A stretch of 34,766 nucleotides of DNA. Source: Chiloscyllium plagiosum (Eukaryota). The notes beneath the pieces were generated by a model that saw only the letters and a program-made list of their open reading frames with translations, was not told where the DNA came from and did no database searches. How positions within the stretch are numbered: position 1 is the first letter of the stretch; each line of letters starts with the position of its first letter. This document shows positions 22,023 through 33,174 of the stretch, in pieces. The translations under genes were made by a program, and so were the position numbers. The stretch lies in assembly GCF_004010195.1 (NCBI RefSeq), contig NC_057719.1, forward strand, positions 320,921-355,686. Reading direction: 5' to 3'.

Positions 22023-22222
22023 AATTACAGAAGACCACTTCCAGGTCAAAGTATCCAGAACGTAGACATTATTGAAGCATTGCTCATCTTTCACCCCTCC
22101 GAAAATGTAGACGCGTTTGGTGTCAGCATCATAGGTGGCAGAGTGACCACAGACACGTCGAGGAACTGGAATGGTCTTTGTAGAGGTCGTCTCCAAGGGA
22201 AACCAGAAATTCTCACCATTAT
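22023..22222 (-). CDS. Kelch-repeat protein exon (blade 2)
   Basis: tttgagcag|AT...ATT|gtaagt; 200 nt, phase 1-0. Encodes (D)NGENFWFPLETTSTKTIPVPRRVCGHSATYDADTKRVYIFGGVKDEQCFNNVYVLDTLTWKWSSVI. Confidence 0.95.
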
Positions 22223-22274
22223 CTGCTCAAAGTTCAAACCAAGAACACATCAATGTAGAAGAAAAAAAAAACTA

Positions 22275-23050
22275 TTCCCTTTGGAATAAAGGCCAACATT
22301 CCATTTGCCTTTCTTGTTTCCCAAGAATCTCAGATGCTAGCGTTTGGTGATTCATGAATGAAGATTGCTAAATCCCTCTGTCTGCAGCCTTTCTCCCACC
22401 TCTGTCATCTACAAACTTTGCGATAGTACATTCACTTTCCTCATCCAAGTCAATACAGATCTTGTCAATAATTGTGGGCCCAGCACTGATCCCTGTGGAA
22501 TTCCTCTAGTTACAGGTTGCCATCCTGAAAACGTTCCCTTATCCCCATTCTGTCTTCTACGAGTTAGCCAATCCTCTATTCATGCTGGTACACTACCTTC
22601 AACACCATGGGGTCTTATAAGTATCCTAATGTGTGGCACCTTATCAAGTGCTTTCTGAAAATCCAAAAATATTACATCCACTGCTTCCCCATTTTCTATT
22701 CCGCTTGTTACCACCTCAAACAATGTAGTAAATGCATTAGGTGTGATTCCCCCTTCATGAAGCCATGTAGACCCTGCTGGATTATATGTATATACGTCTA
22801 AATGCTCTGCTACTACAACCTTTATAACAGACTCTGACATTTTCCAAAGACAGACCTGAAGCTAACTGGCATATGGTTACTTGCTTCATTTTTGTCTTCC
22901 TCCTATTTGAAACAAAGGTGTTACACTGACAGTTTTCCAATTCATTCGGACTTTTTCAGAATCTAAAAGATTCCTGGAAGATTACTCCCAGTGCATCCAC
23001 ACTCTGTAGCTACTTCCACTCACATTCTAGAATGCATCTAATCAGGTCTG
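22275..23050 (-). mobile_element. CR1-type LINE RT fragment
   Basis: AVDVIFLDFQKALDKVPH; GIPQGSVLGP. Confidence 0.85.
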
Positions 23051-23276
23051 CAAGACTTTACTGGGAGCGTGGGGGACCTGGTGGGTCCGAGGTTTGCTTA
23101 GGGGTGGATTGAAGACCTCTGAAGAACGCAGCAACCAATGGTGGTGATGGGGGGACAGGAGGAATTGTGAAGGATTACTTATGGTTAGAATCTGTGGACT
23201 GCCACCCTATAACTTATAGTTAAAACACTAATCCCCTTGTAAAACGCCCTCTACACACAAACATCCAGAAACAAAA

Positions 23277-23874
23277 TACAGATCTGAAAGTAGAGCGTTC
23301 CTATGAAACTGCTCATAAGCTGAAACGGCGTAAAGCAAAGAAGCAATTCCCATTAAATTTCAGAAAACGTTTTTGAGCGTTCCCAGACCCAAACAAATCC
23401 TACCAAATAAAACACACAAAACCTAAACTAACACTAACATACAGTAAAGGCCAGAGGTTGGGGTAGTAGGAGGTACAGGATACCTTAGGACATAGCTTGC
23501 TAACGAATCACAAAATAAATGGAGGTAAAGCACAGATGCTCTCAGACACAGTTCAAAGCTGATGCTGAGTGTAGTTCCTAGGGAAAGTGCTTGGCGGCGC
23601 CACACTCCCTGCGCATGCTTTTTTTGTAAAAGTGAAAATCTTCTTTCAGTTCGCGAAAACAGATACTAAAGTAGGTCATTTGTAAAAGGACACAGTTCAA
23701 AGCTGATGCTGAGTGTAGTTCCTAGGGAAAGTGCTTGGCGGCGCCACACTCCCTGCGCATGCTTTTTTTGTAAAAGTGAAAATCCTCTTTCAGTTCGCAA
23801 AAACAGATACTAAAGTAGGTCATTTGTAAAAGTGAACTGGCATGAGAATGCTCGAAATGTGGGGAATATCTGTA
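23277..23874. mobile_element. Tigger/pogo-like non-autonomous DNA transposon (MITE) with an internal 144-bp tandem duplication
   Basis: Termini TA-CAGAT...ATCTG-TA (TA target duplication, CAG ends). Duplicated blocks at 23545-23688 and 23689-23832. Confidence 0.65.
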
Positions 23875-24544
23875 AAACATTGATGTTATGAAATAAAGGG
23901 ATAAAAAGTACTTGGAAGGGAGCTGGTTGGTACCAGTCCTCAGGATTTGATGGGCTGTGCCTTTTGTTTCCAGAGTCCTTCAGTTCTTTCATCTTTTCCT
24001 TCAGATTCTTTCGCTTCTTCACAGGAGGCACAGAGTGACTGGGTCACAAATGATAAAAGTCTCTGACTTATTGGGTAAAAGCCACAGCTTACAGCAACCG
24101 GTGGCAGAAAACAACTGACTTTGTGTAGCGTTTGTAGACAGAGGGGGGCGGGGGATATCGCATCCATTCCAAAGGCTTCTCACTGTCTCGCACATATCCA
24201 CGTGCTGTTCAGTTACCCAGGGTCCTGACAGCTGTCATCAGGCTGATGACCTTCACCTTTGGAATTCAAGACTGGTCACAAGGTGCACAGACTAATCAGC
24301 TACACGTTGCCAGCCGAATGTTGCTTTGTAAACATGACCTGGTGCTGTGCCATTTCTTTACACGTCCCCCTCCCCACTAAATGTTTGTAAAGCAACACAA
24401 CTTACAATGAGGTTCAGTAACTTGCTTTTTTAAAAGCAGGTACAGAAATTCTTCCCTCAGTCCTCTCTTGTAAAATAATCCTTTTCCCAGTTGAGCCCAC
24501 AAAAAGAAAGAAAACTAAAGACAGTTTTTATTGTGACACAAGCC

Positions 24545-24725
24545 CACCTGGTTCACTACTGCAATCCTTACCTGGTCTGGTCCACATGGGACTTCAGACC
24601 CACAGCAAGGTGGTTGACTCTAAACTGCCCCCTGAAAAGGCAAAGCTAATTACTCAGTTCAAGGGCAGTTAGGGATGGACAATAAATACTGGCCCATCCA
24701 GCAATACCACATCAAGAATGCAAAA
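24545..24725 (+). mobile_element. 5'-truncated SINE
   Basis: Homologous to the 3' half of 19915-20258. Confidence 0.7.
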
Positions 24726-25046
24726 AGACTACAACAGCATCTTGGGGTTGAGTGTGCCCTTTTGTTAGTTTGAATTGAATTTGGAGATTCTGTTCTCTTG
24801 TTACGGACTGCCCTGATAAGTAAAGTAGTTTCTTTCTATTAATCCTATTAAATCTTTTCATCATCTTAACTGTTCAATTAGACCACTTCGATAAATTTAA
24901 TTTTGATACTGAACAGATCACAGACAGAATCTTGGAGACTGTTCTCAGTTGAACTCTCCATCACTGGAAACTCAATCATCACTACCTCCTAACTGCATGG
25001 TGCCCAGAGCCGATCGCAGTTTCTCCAGTTCCCTGATGTCACTCAC

Positions 25047-25169
25047 CGAGCTCCAACCTCCACAGACCATCTTTACAGTACCTCTTCGGTCCCCTCTCCC
25101 CTCCAATCAGAATGGCTGTGTCTGGGTCACTCAGGCACAGTGTGTGATTCCAGCGTGGACTTGGACAGG
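25047..25169 (-). CDS. Kelch-repeat protein exon (blade 1)
   Basis: ctgttttgcag|CC...CTCG|gtgagt; 123 nt, phase 1-1. Encodes (A)CPSPRWNHTLCLSDPDTAILIGGERGPKRYCKDGLWRLEL. Confidence 0.92.
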
Positions 25170-25539
25170 CTGCAAAACAGCGAGAGAGGGTCATCTCCGC
25201 AGTTAGTTACTGAACGAGCAAGCGAGAGAGGGGTCACATCAGGGTGCTTGAGAATCACAGGGCTTTCCCAGGAACCAGAGCTGTTCCTTCCCTGGAAAAG
25301 TTAACAGGTGGCAGAATGAGCTGATGGCATACAGAGTCTGATTCCATTCAGGGATGTATTCCTCCGTGTGAAACAGAACCTGATTGGCCAGCGATCACAT
25401 GAACAGCTTGTACCAAACAAGTGCCACTAAAGGCTGCTCAGTGACCCTCAGGAAGTTTACTGACCCAACTGTGACAGCAATCCACAGCTGAACAGGTCAC
25501 AGGAAGTTTCATTGAGGTTTAGACATTGTTTTGGTGTTA

Positions 25540-25990
25540 AAGAGACACTTGGAAGAAAAAACTGTGAGGAAGATGGCATGGGACTCCAAAAGGACATTGA
25601 CAAGTTGGTAGTGTGGACGAAGAGGGAGCAGATGAGGGTCAATGCAGAGGATTGTAGGGCAATGCATTTTGGTCGAAGAACATTGAAAGACAATATAAAA
25701 CAGGGGAACCATTGTAAAGGGGTGAGTGCAGGGTCAGAGGGAGCTGGGTGTAGATGTGCACAGATCATTAAAGGAGGCAGGACTCCTTCACAGGCTTGGA
25801 GGGCCGAAGGGCCTGCTCCTGTGCTGTAATTTTCTTTGACCCGGGGAGAGAGCAGTAAATAAAGCACACACTCCTCAGCTTTATACATAGAGACATGGAG
25901 TTCAAGAGCAGGGAGGTGATGGTGAGTTTGTACAAGACCCTTGTTAGACCCCAGCTGGAGTGTTGTGTACAGTGTCTTTTCCCAAGGGGG
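25540..25990 (+). mobile_element. Degenerate CR1-type LINE fragments
   Basis: LQKDIDKLVVW...QMRVNAEDCRAMHFG; LYKTLVRPQLECCVQ. Confidence 0.75.
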
Positions 25991-26834
25991 CTGAATTACT
26001 CCCTTTGGGACTAACGTTACTGCACAGTGTCCATTCAAACGGCACAGACCCAGACCCAGTGTCTAGAAAGTGAGTGAATTATGGAGACTGTCATATATTC
26101 ACAGCACAATCGCATTCAAAGCACAAACTAAACATTTCCCAGTAGGTTATGAGCAAGTCCACAGGTAGCAGGGTATACCTCACCCCCCCGGCCCCCTTCC
26201 CACCCTCGACCCAGTGGTGAAAGGGAAGCGTCTTTGATTTAGTCTGATGTTTAGAATCAGTGCTTGCTCACCTTTCAGTCTTCTCACACCAGCATCACTA
26301 CCTAGGACAGAAACAGGAACAACAGTCAACTGTCATCCCTCCATCCCATAATATGTTATTTAACGTGGCAACGTGCCAATTCTTCAGCCAGCCCTGTGGG
26401 GGTCAGGGGCTTAGTCTGGGACATTTGAAGGTTTGGAAACTCCCAGATCACCGAATTTTCAAAAGGCTGTTCTTCCCTACAATGGAGGGAACTGTCCCTC
26501 TTCCCTTCAACAAATACATTTCAGTTTGGAAGTTTTCAACCAGCATTCCTACCTCCCCCAGAATCCAAAACGCTTAGCGAGAGTTTCCCATAGTCATTCC
26601 CTTCAGTGTGAAGGAGTTTCCTGACATTACCCCTGAACAGTTGGGCACAAGTTGGAGTTTGTAACCATTTTCCCCCTTAACCTGGGCTGCTCCCCCTTCC
26701 CACCTCCTCAAACCAAACCTACAGTCTATCAACTCCTTTGACCATCTGAAACATCTCCATTAGATGGTCCTTGGGGCAGGTGACCTCCCATGGCCACACC
26801 ATCTACTCAACAGAACCAACCATAGCCTCACCGA

Positions 26835-27645
26835 CAAAAGCAGAAATTGCTGGAAAAACTCAGCAGGTCTAGCAGCATCTGTTGAGAAAGAAAGCAGAGT
26901 TAATGTTTTGGGTCCAGTGCCCTTCTTCAGAACTGACTGTAGCTAGGAAAAGATATATATATATATCTGGGGTGGGGGTTGGATGAAGAGTAAACAATAG
27001 GTAGAGATGGAGCCCAGAGAGAGAAGATCAGTTGAGCAGACAAAGGGAGGGGAAACAGTCAGCCTGGGAGAATAAATGGGTCCATTAGCGACAGATTGTT
27101 TGTGATAAAAGCCCATGTGATAACAGGGCCTGGTGTGTGGGGGTTGGGTAAGGACTTGGGAGAAGGTGCTGAGGCCCTAAAGTGAAACTGGAAGAACACC
27201 ACCTCATTTTTCACTTGGACACCCTGCAGCCTTCAGGACTCAATATCGAGTTCAACAGTTTTAGGGCCGGAGCACCTTTTCCCATGTCCTTCCCCCTAAC
27301 CCCCACACACCAGACCCTGTTATCACACGGCCTAATACCACAACCATCCCATTGTCAGCCATTAACGGTCCCCATAAGCAGCTATTCATTCTCCCAGACT
27401 GACCCTGACCCATTCCTTTGTCTAGCCAACTGTTTGTCTCTCTGACTTCCATCGCCACCTATTGCATACTCCTCTCCCCTCCCCCAACCCAACCGTCAGC
27501 ATACATACCAACCTTTTTCTAATCACAATCAGTTCTGAGGAAGGGTCACTCGACCCAAAACGTTAACTCTGATTTCTCTCCACAGATGCTGGCAGACCTG
27601 CTGAGCTTTGCCAGCAATTTATGTTTTTGTTTCTGATTTAGAACA
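26835..27645 (+). mobile_element. Penelope-like element 3' end (GIY-YIG C-terminus plus pLTR) preceded by an inverted copy
   Basis: KLEEHHLIFHLDTLQPSGLNIEF resembles the Penelope endonuclease C-terminus. Arms at about 26835-27181 and 27259-27640 are reverse complements, each with a decayed hammerhead core. Confidence 0.8.
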
Positions 27646-27683
27646 GCTTTGGTTTTTTTTTTAAATATTATTCCCAGCTTCAC

Positions 27684-27855
27684 CTAGCTCGTCGGAAGAA
27701 ACTGTCTCTTTTCCAGAAGAGTCTGTGTCCTTTCCAGAGGAGTCCGTGCCCCCTAACGGAGCAGGAAATGGTGCCTGAGGACAGGAAGCCTCCTCCGTCT
27801 TCAGGGTGAAATTCAGGCTCCTGTCTTGCTGTAGATGGGCATGGCCCACTTGAGG
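27684..27855 (-). CDS. Kelch-repeat protein, low-complexity linker exon
   Basis: ttctctctgcag|CCT...CTAG|gtgaag; 172 nt, phase 0-1. Encodes PQVGHAHLQQDRSLNFTLKTEEASCPQAPFPAPLGGTDSSGKDTDSSGKETVSSDEL(A). Confidence 0.75.
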
Positions 27856-28882
27856 CTGCAGAGAGAACCGAGATGTTAGTGTAGAACCGCACATCACCCC
27901 TTCACCACTCCCCCATACCACCTCACCCGGAGATTTCTGGGTTTCCTACACAGACTGGCCAAAAGATTTGACTGGGAGTATTCCCCAGGAAGGAGAGATT
28001 GGAGGTGGAGGGCAGTAGCACAGATTCACTACAGTGGGACCACAGTTGTAGGAGTTAAGTTATAAGCAAGGTGTGTACAATCTAAACTCTAATCCCCTTG
28101 AGGACATAAAGTTAAAGGATGACCAAATTGAAGGTGATCAAAGACGTTACAAGGATAGAGAGAGAGAAAATGTTGTTTTTGGCTGGGGATAGTGGGAACA
28201 AAGTTCAAGCATAGAGATGTACAGCACAGAAACAGACCCTTCACTCCAACTCATCCGTGCTGACCAGATATCCCAACCTAATCTAGTCCCACTTGCCAGC
28301 ACCGGGCCCATAGCCCTCCAAACCCTTCCTATTCATATATCCATCCAGATGCCTTTTAAAATGTTGCAATTGTACCAGCCTCCACCACTTCCTCATTCCA
28401 TACACACACCACCCTCTACATGAAAATGTTGCCCCTCAGGTCCCTTTTATATCTTTCCCCTCTCCCCTAAACCTATCCCCTCTAGTTTTGGTCTCCCCTA
28501 CCCCAGGGAAAAGACTTTGTCTATTTATCCTATCCATTCCCCTTGTGATTTTATAAACCTCTATAAGGTCACCCCTCAGCCTCCGACGCTCCAGGGAAAA
28601 CAGCCCCAGCCTGTTCAGCCTCTCCCTGTAGCTCAAATCCTCCAACCCTGGCAACATCCTTGTAAATCTTTTCTGAACCCTTTCCAGTTTCACAACACCC
28701 TTCTTATAGCAGGGAGACCAGAATTACAAGCAATATTCCAAAAGGGGCCGACCACTGTCTGTACAGCATCAACATGACCTCCCAACTTCTATACTCAGTG
28801 CTCGGAACAATAAAGGAAAGCATACCAAGTACTTTCTTCACTGTCCTCCACTTTCAAAGGCGCTATGAACCTGCATTTCAAG

Positions 28883-30542
28883 TGTCACAAAGCTAGTCCT
28901 TTTTGTTTAGAAAAGCTGTTCCTTGGCTCAAGGAGACTCTGTCCTTTTTTCAAGGTGTGGTGTATATTAATGACCTGGTGATTTTTCGTCACTCATGGAA
29001 GGAACATTTACAGCATTTATCAGACTTGTTTGATCGACTTCAGAAGGCAGGCTTGGTGGTAAACCTTGTTAAAAGTGAATTTGCCAAAGCCCAAGTCACC
29101 TTCCTGGGCCGTGTTATTGGACACGGACAAATGGCCCCACAGGATGTGAGAACAAAAATAATCGGGGAATTTTCCCACACAGTCAACAAAAAAAAAAAGC
29201 AGTACTACAGTCCCTGGGATTGAGTGGATTTTATCCGAAAGTTTGTGCCAAACTTTAGCAATATGGCTGCTCCACTCACCGAATTGTTTAAAAAAAGGGC
29301 AAGAAGTTTCAGTGGACTGTCAAAAGGCACTTGACAGCCTAAAAACTGTATTACCCACTGCCCCAGTATTAGCCACACCTGATTACACAAAGCCTGTCAA
29401 GGTGGCTATGACGACAGAGGTGCGGGTGTCGGTGCGGTGCTCCTGCAGGAGGATGACCAAGGAATAGAAAGACCCATCGGGTATTTTTCCAGGAGGTTGA
29501 ACGCTCATCATCAGAAATATTCAACGGGGGGGAAAAAAAAAAGACTTTGAGCTTGGTGTTGGCATTACAACATTTCAGTTTATATTACCATCTGAGACAA
29601 TCATATACACTGATTTGTGGAGAAATTTCAGGACAAGAATGGCAGTCTGTTCAGATAGAGCTTGTTGTTGCAGCTGTTCACTTTGACAATTGTGCAGGTG
29701 ACGGGTCACAGAAACGTGATTGTCGATGCGTTACCGAGACTCGAACGAGATACGGAGGAGTTCAGTGTGGGTATACCTTGGCCTGAATTTGCATGAGGTT
29801 CTGCATGATAGTATAGTGTATATGTGTGTTTAAATTACTAACCAGGGTTTTGAAGAGTTAAAAATGAAGCCATCTTTTGGTATTGATGGGTTTTTTTTAA
29901 AAAAAAAGGAGGGAGGGAGGTGTCACAAAGCTAGTCCTTTTAATTCCAAAATGCTGCTCCATAGCCCAAGGAGACTCTGTCCTTGATTTTTTTCAGAGGG
30001 CAATAAATTGAGCCAGGCTTCGATCAGTTTGGTTTGGTACAGATGAAAAGGATTTTGAGAGGCCTTTTGTTTATATGTAAACAGATGAGACTTCAGGCCA
30101 ATGTGGTCATGTTTTAGAAGTGACCTGTATAAAGAGAGGGGAGTGGTCAGCTCTCTAGCTGAGTTGAGCTGATTTTAGTTCAGTCTTGAACGGGGAAGTT
30201 CAACAGGGAGCTGTGTGGAAATGGTCTCTTTTCCGCCCTTCAACGTCAACCTGTAAGCACGTGTTCCATTTGTACTGTGTTTTAAAGGGAGCTTGCTTAT
30301 TGGGATTGTTGTGTGTATTAAATCTCTTTAGATAGGCCGAGTTCTGTAGGGGTGCTTTGTTCTTTGTGTTTCATTGTGTATTTCTGTGAATACATTTTTT
30401 TGTCTGTTTTAAAATGTAGTAGTCAACCTAGCTATCTTACTCGGTGTAATATTCACTGTATACTTACCGAAACAAATTGCAAATTTAGGTCTAGGGCTGC
30501 CTGCTTAAGAATGTTTTGAGTGGTCTGGCCTAGTCCATAACA
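28883..30542 (+). mobile_element. Internally deleted Ty3/Gypsy LTR retrotransposon (RT-RNase H remnant plus 3' LTR), probably Gmr1-type
   Basis: TG...CA termini and 4-bp TSD caag (28879-82, 30543-46). VYINDLVIF...HLQHL...VTFLG; TAPVLATPDYTKP; GVGAVLLQ...PIGYFSR; NVIVDALPR. Polypurine tract at about 29899-29920. Confidence 0.9.
29921..30542 (+). repeat. 3' LTR (622 bp)
   Basis: Starts tgtcacaaagctagtccttt, identical to the 5' stub at 28883. Preceded by the polypurine tract and ends ...ataaca. Confidence 0.88.
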
Positions 30543-31519
30543 CAAGGTCTCTTTGTTCAGCAACACTCCCCAGGATCTTACCAATCAGTGTATAAGTCCT
30601 GCTCTGATTTGCTTTTCCAAAATGCAGCACCTCGCATTTATCTAAATCAAACTCCATCTGCCACTCCTCAGTCCATTGGCCCATCTGATCAAGATCCCAT
30701 TGTACTCTGAGGTAACCTTCTTCGCTGTCCACTACATCACCAATTTTGGTGTTATCTGCAAACTTACTAATTATACCTCCTATGTTCATATCCAAATCAT
30801 TTATATAAAATGATGAAAAGTAGTGGACCCAGCATCGATCTGTGTGGCACACCACTGATCGCAGGCCTCCAGTCTGAAAAACAACCCTCCACCACCACCC
30901 TGTCTTCTACCTTCAAGCCAGTTCTGTATCCAAATGGTTAGTTCACCCGGTATTCCAAGAAATATAACCTTGCTAACCAGTCTCCCATGGGGAACCTTGT
31001 TGAATGTCTTACTGAAGTCCATATAGATCACGTCCACTGCTCTACCCTCATCAATCTACTTTATTGTTTATTCAAAAAAACTCAATCAAGTTGACAGAGA
31101 AATGGAGGATCATTTGGAGCTGACGCATCCAGATTAGCGTGTGTTCTTGGACAAGACTATCAAAGGATATTGACCTCAGGTGGGAAAATAGAGCGGAGGT
31201 ATTTATTGATTGAACAACAAACCTAGCTCGAGGGGCTGAATGGCCTGTTCCAGCTGTTTTGAAAGTAACATTTTGTACATACCTTATTAATAGTAGGCAA
31301 TACCTTTAGATGCTATTAATTGAAGCATTTGGGGTTTACATTCCCTCTCAGACTTGATAAATGAGTCAGGAATCAGACAGATACAAGCTGATCAGGGACC
31401 TGTACTGTGCTGTACTGTTCTTCCGCCCATGATGTTGTGCCGAACTTTTATCCTACTGCAAGATCAGATTAACCTACATACCGTACATTTTACTATCTTC
31501 CATGAGCCTATCCAAGAGT

Positions 31520-32945
31520 CTGAGAGTCAGTATGGGTGGAAGTCAGAAACAGGAAAGGAGCAGTCACTTTATTGGGAGTTTTCTACAGGCCCCCCAAATA
31601 GCAGAGGCATGGAGGCAGATTTTGAAAAGGTACAGAAGTAACAGGGTGTTGTCATGGGTGGCTTTAAATTCCCTAATGTTGATTGGAACTTTCTTAATAC
31701 AAATAGTTTGATGGACCAGTTTTGTCAGGTGTGTCCAGGAAGGGACCCTGATTCAATATGTAGATAGGCCGACTAAAGGGGAGGCCATATTGGATTTGGT
31801 GACTGGCAACCAATCAGACCAGGTGCCAGATCTCTTTGTGGGAGAGCATTTCGGTGATACGGTGATCATAACTCCCTGACTTTTACTATAGTCATGGAGA
31901 GGAATAGGAACAGATGGTATGGGAAAGGATTTAAGTGGAGGAGGGGGAATTACAATGCAATTAGACACGAACTGGAGCTCCTAAATTGGGAACAGATATT
32001 CTCAGAGAAATGGGTGACAAATGTGAAGGTTGTTTAGGGAGCACTTGCTGATAGTGCTGACAGGTTTGTCCCACTGAGGCAAGGAAGGGATGGTAGGGTG
32101 AAGGGACCTTGAATGACAAGGGATGTGGAGCATCTAGTCAAGAGGAAGAAGGAAGCTTCCTTAAGGTTGAGGAGGCAAGGATCAGACAAGGTTCTAGACA
32201 GTTACGAGGTAGCCAGGAAGGAACTGAAGAATGGACTTAGGAGAGTGAGAAGGGGGCATGAAAAAGCTTTAGCGGGTAGGATTAAGGGAAACCCCAAGGC
32301 GTTCTACAATTATGCGAGGAACAAGAGGATGGCCAGAGTGAGGGTAAGGCCGATCAGGGACAGTGGAGGGAACTTGTGCCTGGAGTTGGAGAAGCTTGGG
32401 GAGGTCTTTAATAAATACATTGCTTCAGTATTCATGATTGAGAGGGACCTTAACATTTCTGAGGACAGCGTGAAACAGACTGATATGCCTGAACAGATTG
32501 ATGTTAAGAAGGAGGATGTGCTGAAAATTTTGAAAATCATAAGGATAGATAAATTCCTCTGGGCCAGACGGGATATACCTAATATTAGTACAGGAAGTGA
32601 GGGAACAGATTGCAGTGCCTTTGGCGATGAGCTTTGCATCCTCACTGTCCTCTGGAGTTATTCCTTGTTCAAGAAAGGGAATAAGGATAATCCTGGGAAT
32701 AACAGATCAGTCTTGTGTCTGTGGTAGATAAAGTATTGGAGAAGATTCTGAGAGAAAGGATTTATGATTACTTGGACAACGATAGTTTGATTAGAGATAG
32801 TCAGCATGGCTTTGAGAAGGGCAGGTCACATTTCACAATCTTACTGAATTCTTTGAGAATGTGACAAACACATTGATGAAGGTAGAGCAGTAGATGTGGT
32901 ATATATGGATTTTAGCAAGGTGTTTGATCAGGATCCCCATGGTAG
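31520..32945 (+). mobile_element. CR1-type LINE ORF2 remnant (endonuclease through start of RT)
   Basis: FLQAP/YRPP-like region; QYVDRPTKGEAILDLV; 204-aa ORF 32113-32727 (IKGNPKAFYNY); VYMDFSKVFD. Confidence 0.88.
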
Positions 32946-33018
32946 GGAAGAATTGATTTTGAACACAATCCCACAGGGAAATCACATTTCCAATCCCAAA
33001 CCTTTTCCAGGGACTTAC

Positions 33019-33144
33019 GAATGCAGAGAGACAGGGGAACGATGGACAGAAGTCGTCGAGGAGATCAGACAGGAGATCATCAAGGGCTGGGCGAGTCTTC
33101 ACAGGGACCACTGGAGTGCTGCTCAAGAAATCCACCCGCTTCAA
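33019..33144 (-). CDS. Kelch-repeat protein (zgc:163014/RABEPK-like), most 5' exon seen in window (N-terminal linker region)
   Basis: tttgtttgctag|TTG...TTC|gtaagt; 126 nt, phase 0-0. Encodes LKRVDFLSSTPVVPVKTRPALDDLLSDLLDDFCPSFPCLSAF. A unique island between LINEs, in frame with the next exon. Confidence 0.7.
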
Positions 33145-33174
33145 CTAGCAAACAAAATACATCATTCTTAAAAC

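Larger units (their letters stand above)
28210..31090 (-). mobile_element. CR1-type LINE RT/3' region, split by a Gypsy insertion
   Basis: DVIYMDFSKTFNKVPH; YINDLD...ISKFADNTKIG; KLERVQKRFTRMLPGL. The LINE sequence resumes across 28882/30543. Confidence 0.9.

Noticed and set aside
25457..26038. 193-aa minus-strand ORF
   Set aside because: Antisense reading of degenerate CR1 sequence with no recognisable domain.
32113..32727. Longest ORF (204 aa) as a host gene
   Set aside because: A CR1 ORF2 fragment flanked by frameshifted endonuclease and RT pieces.
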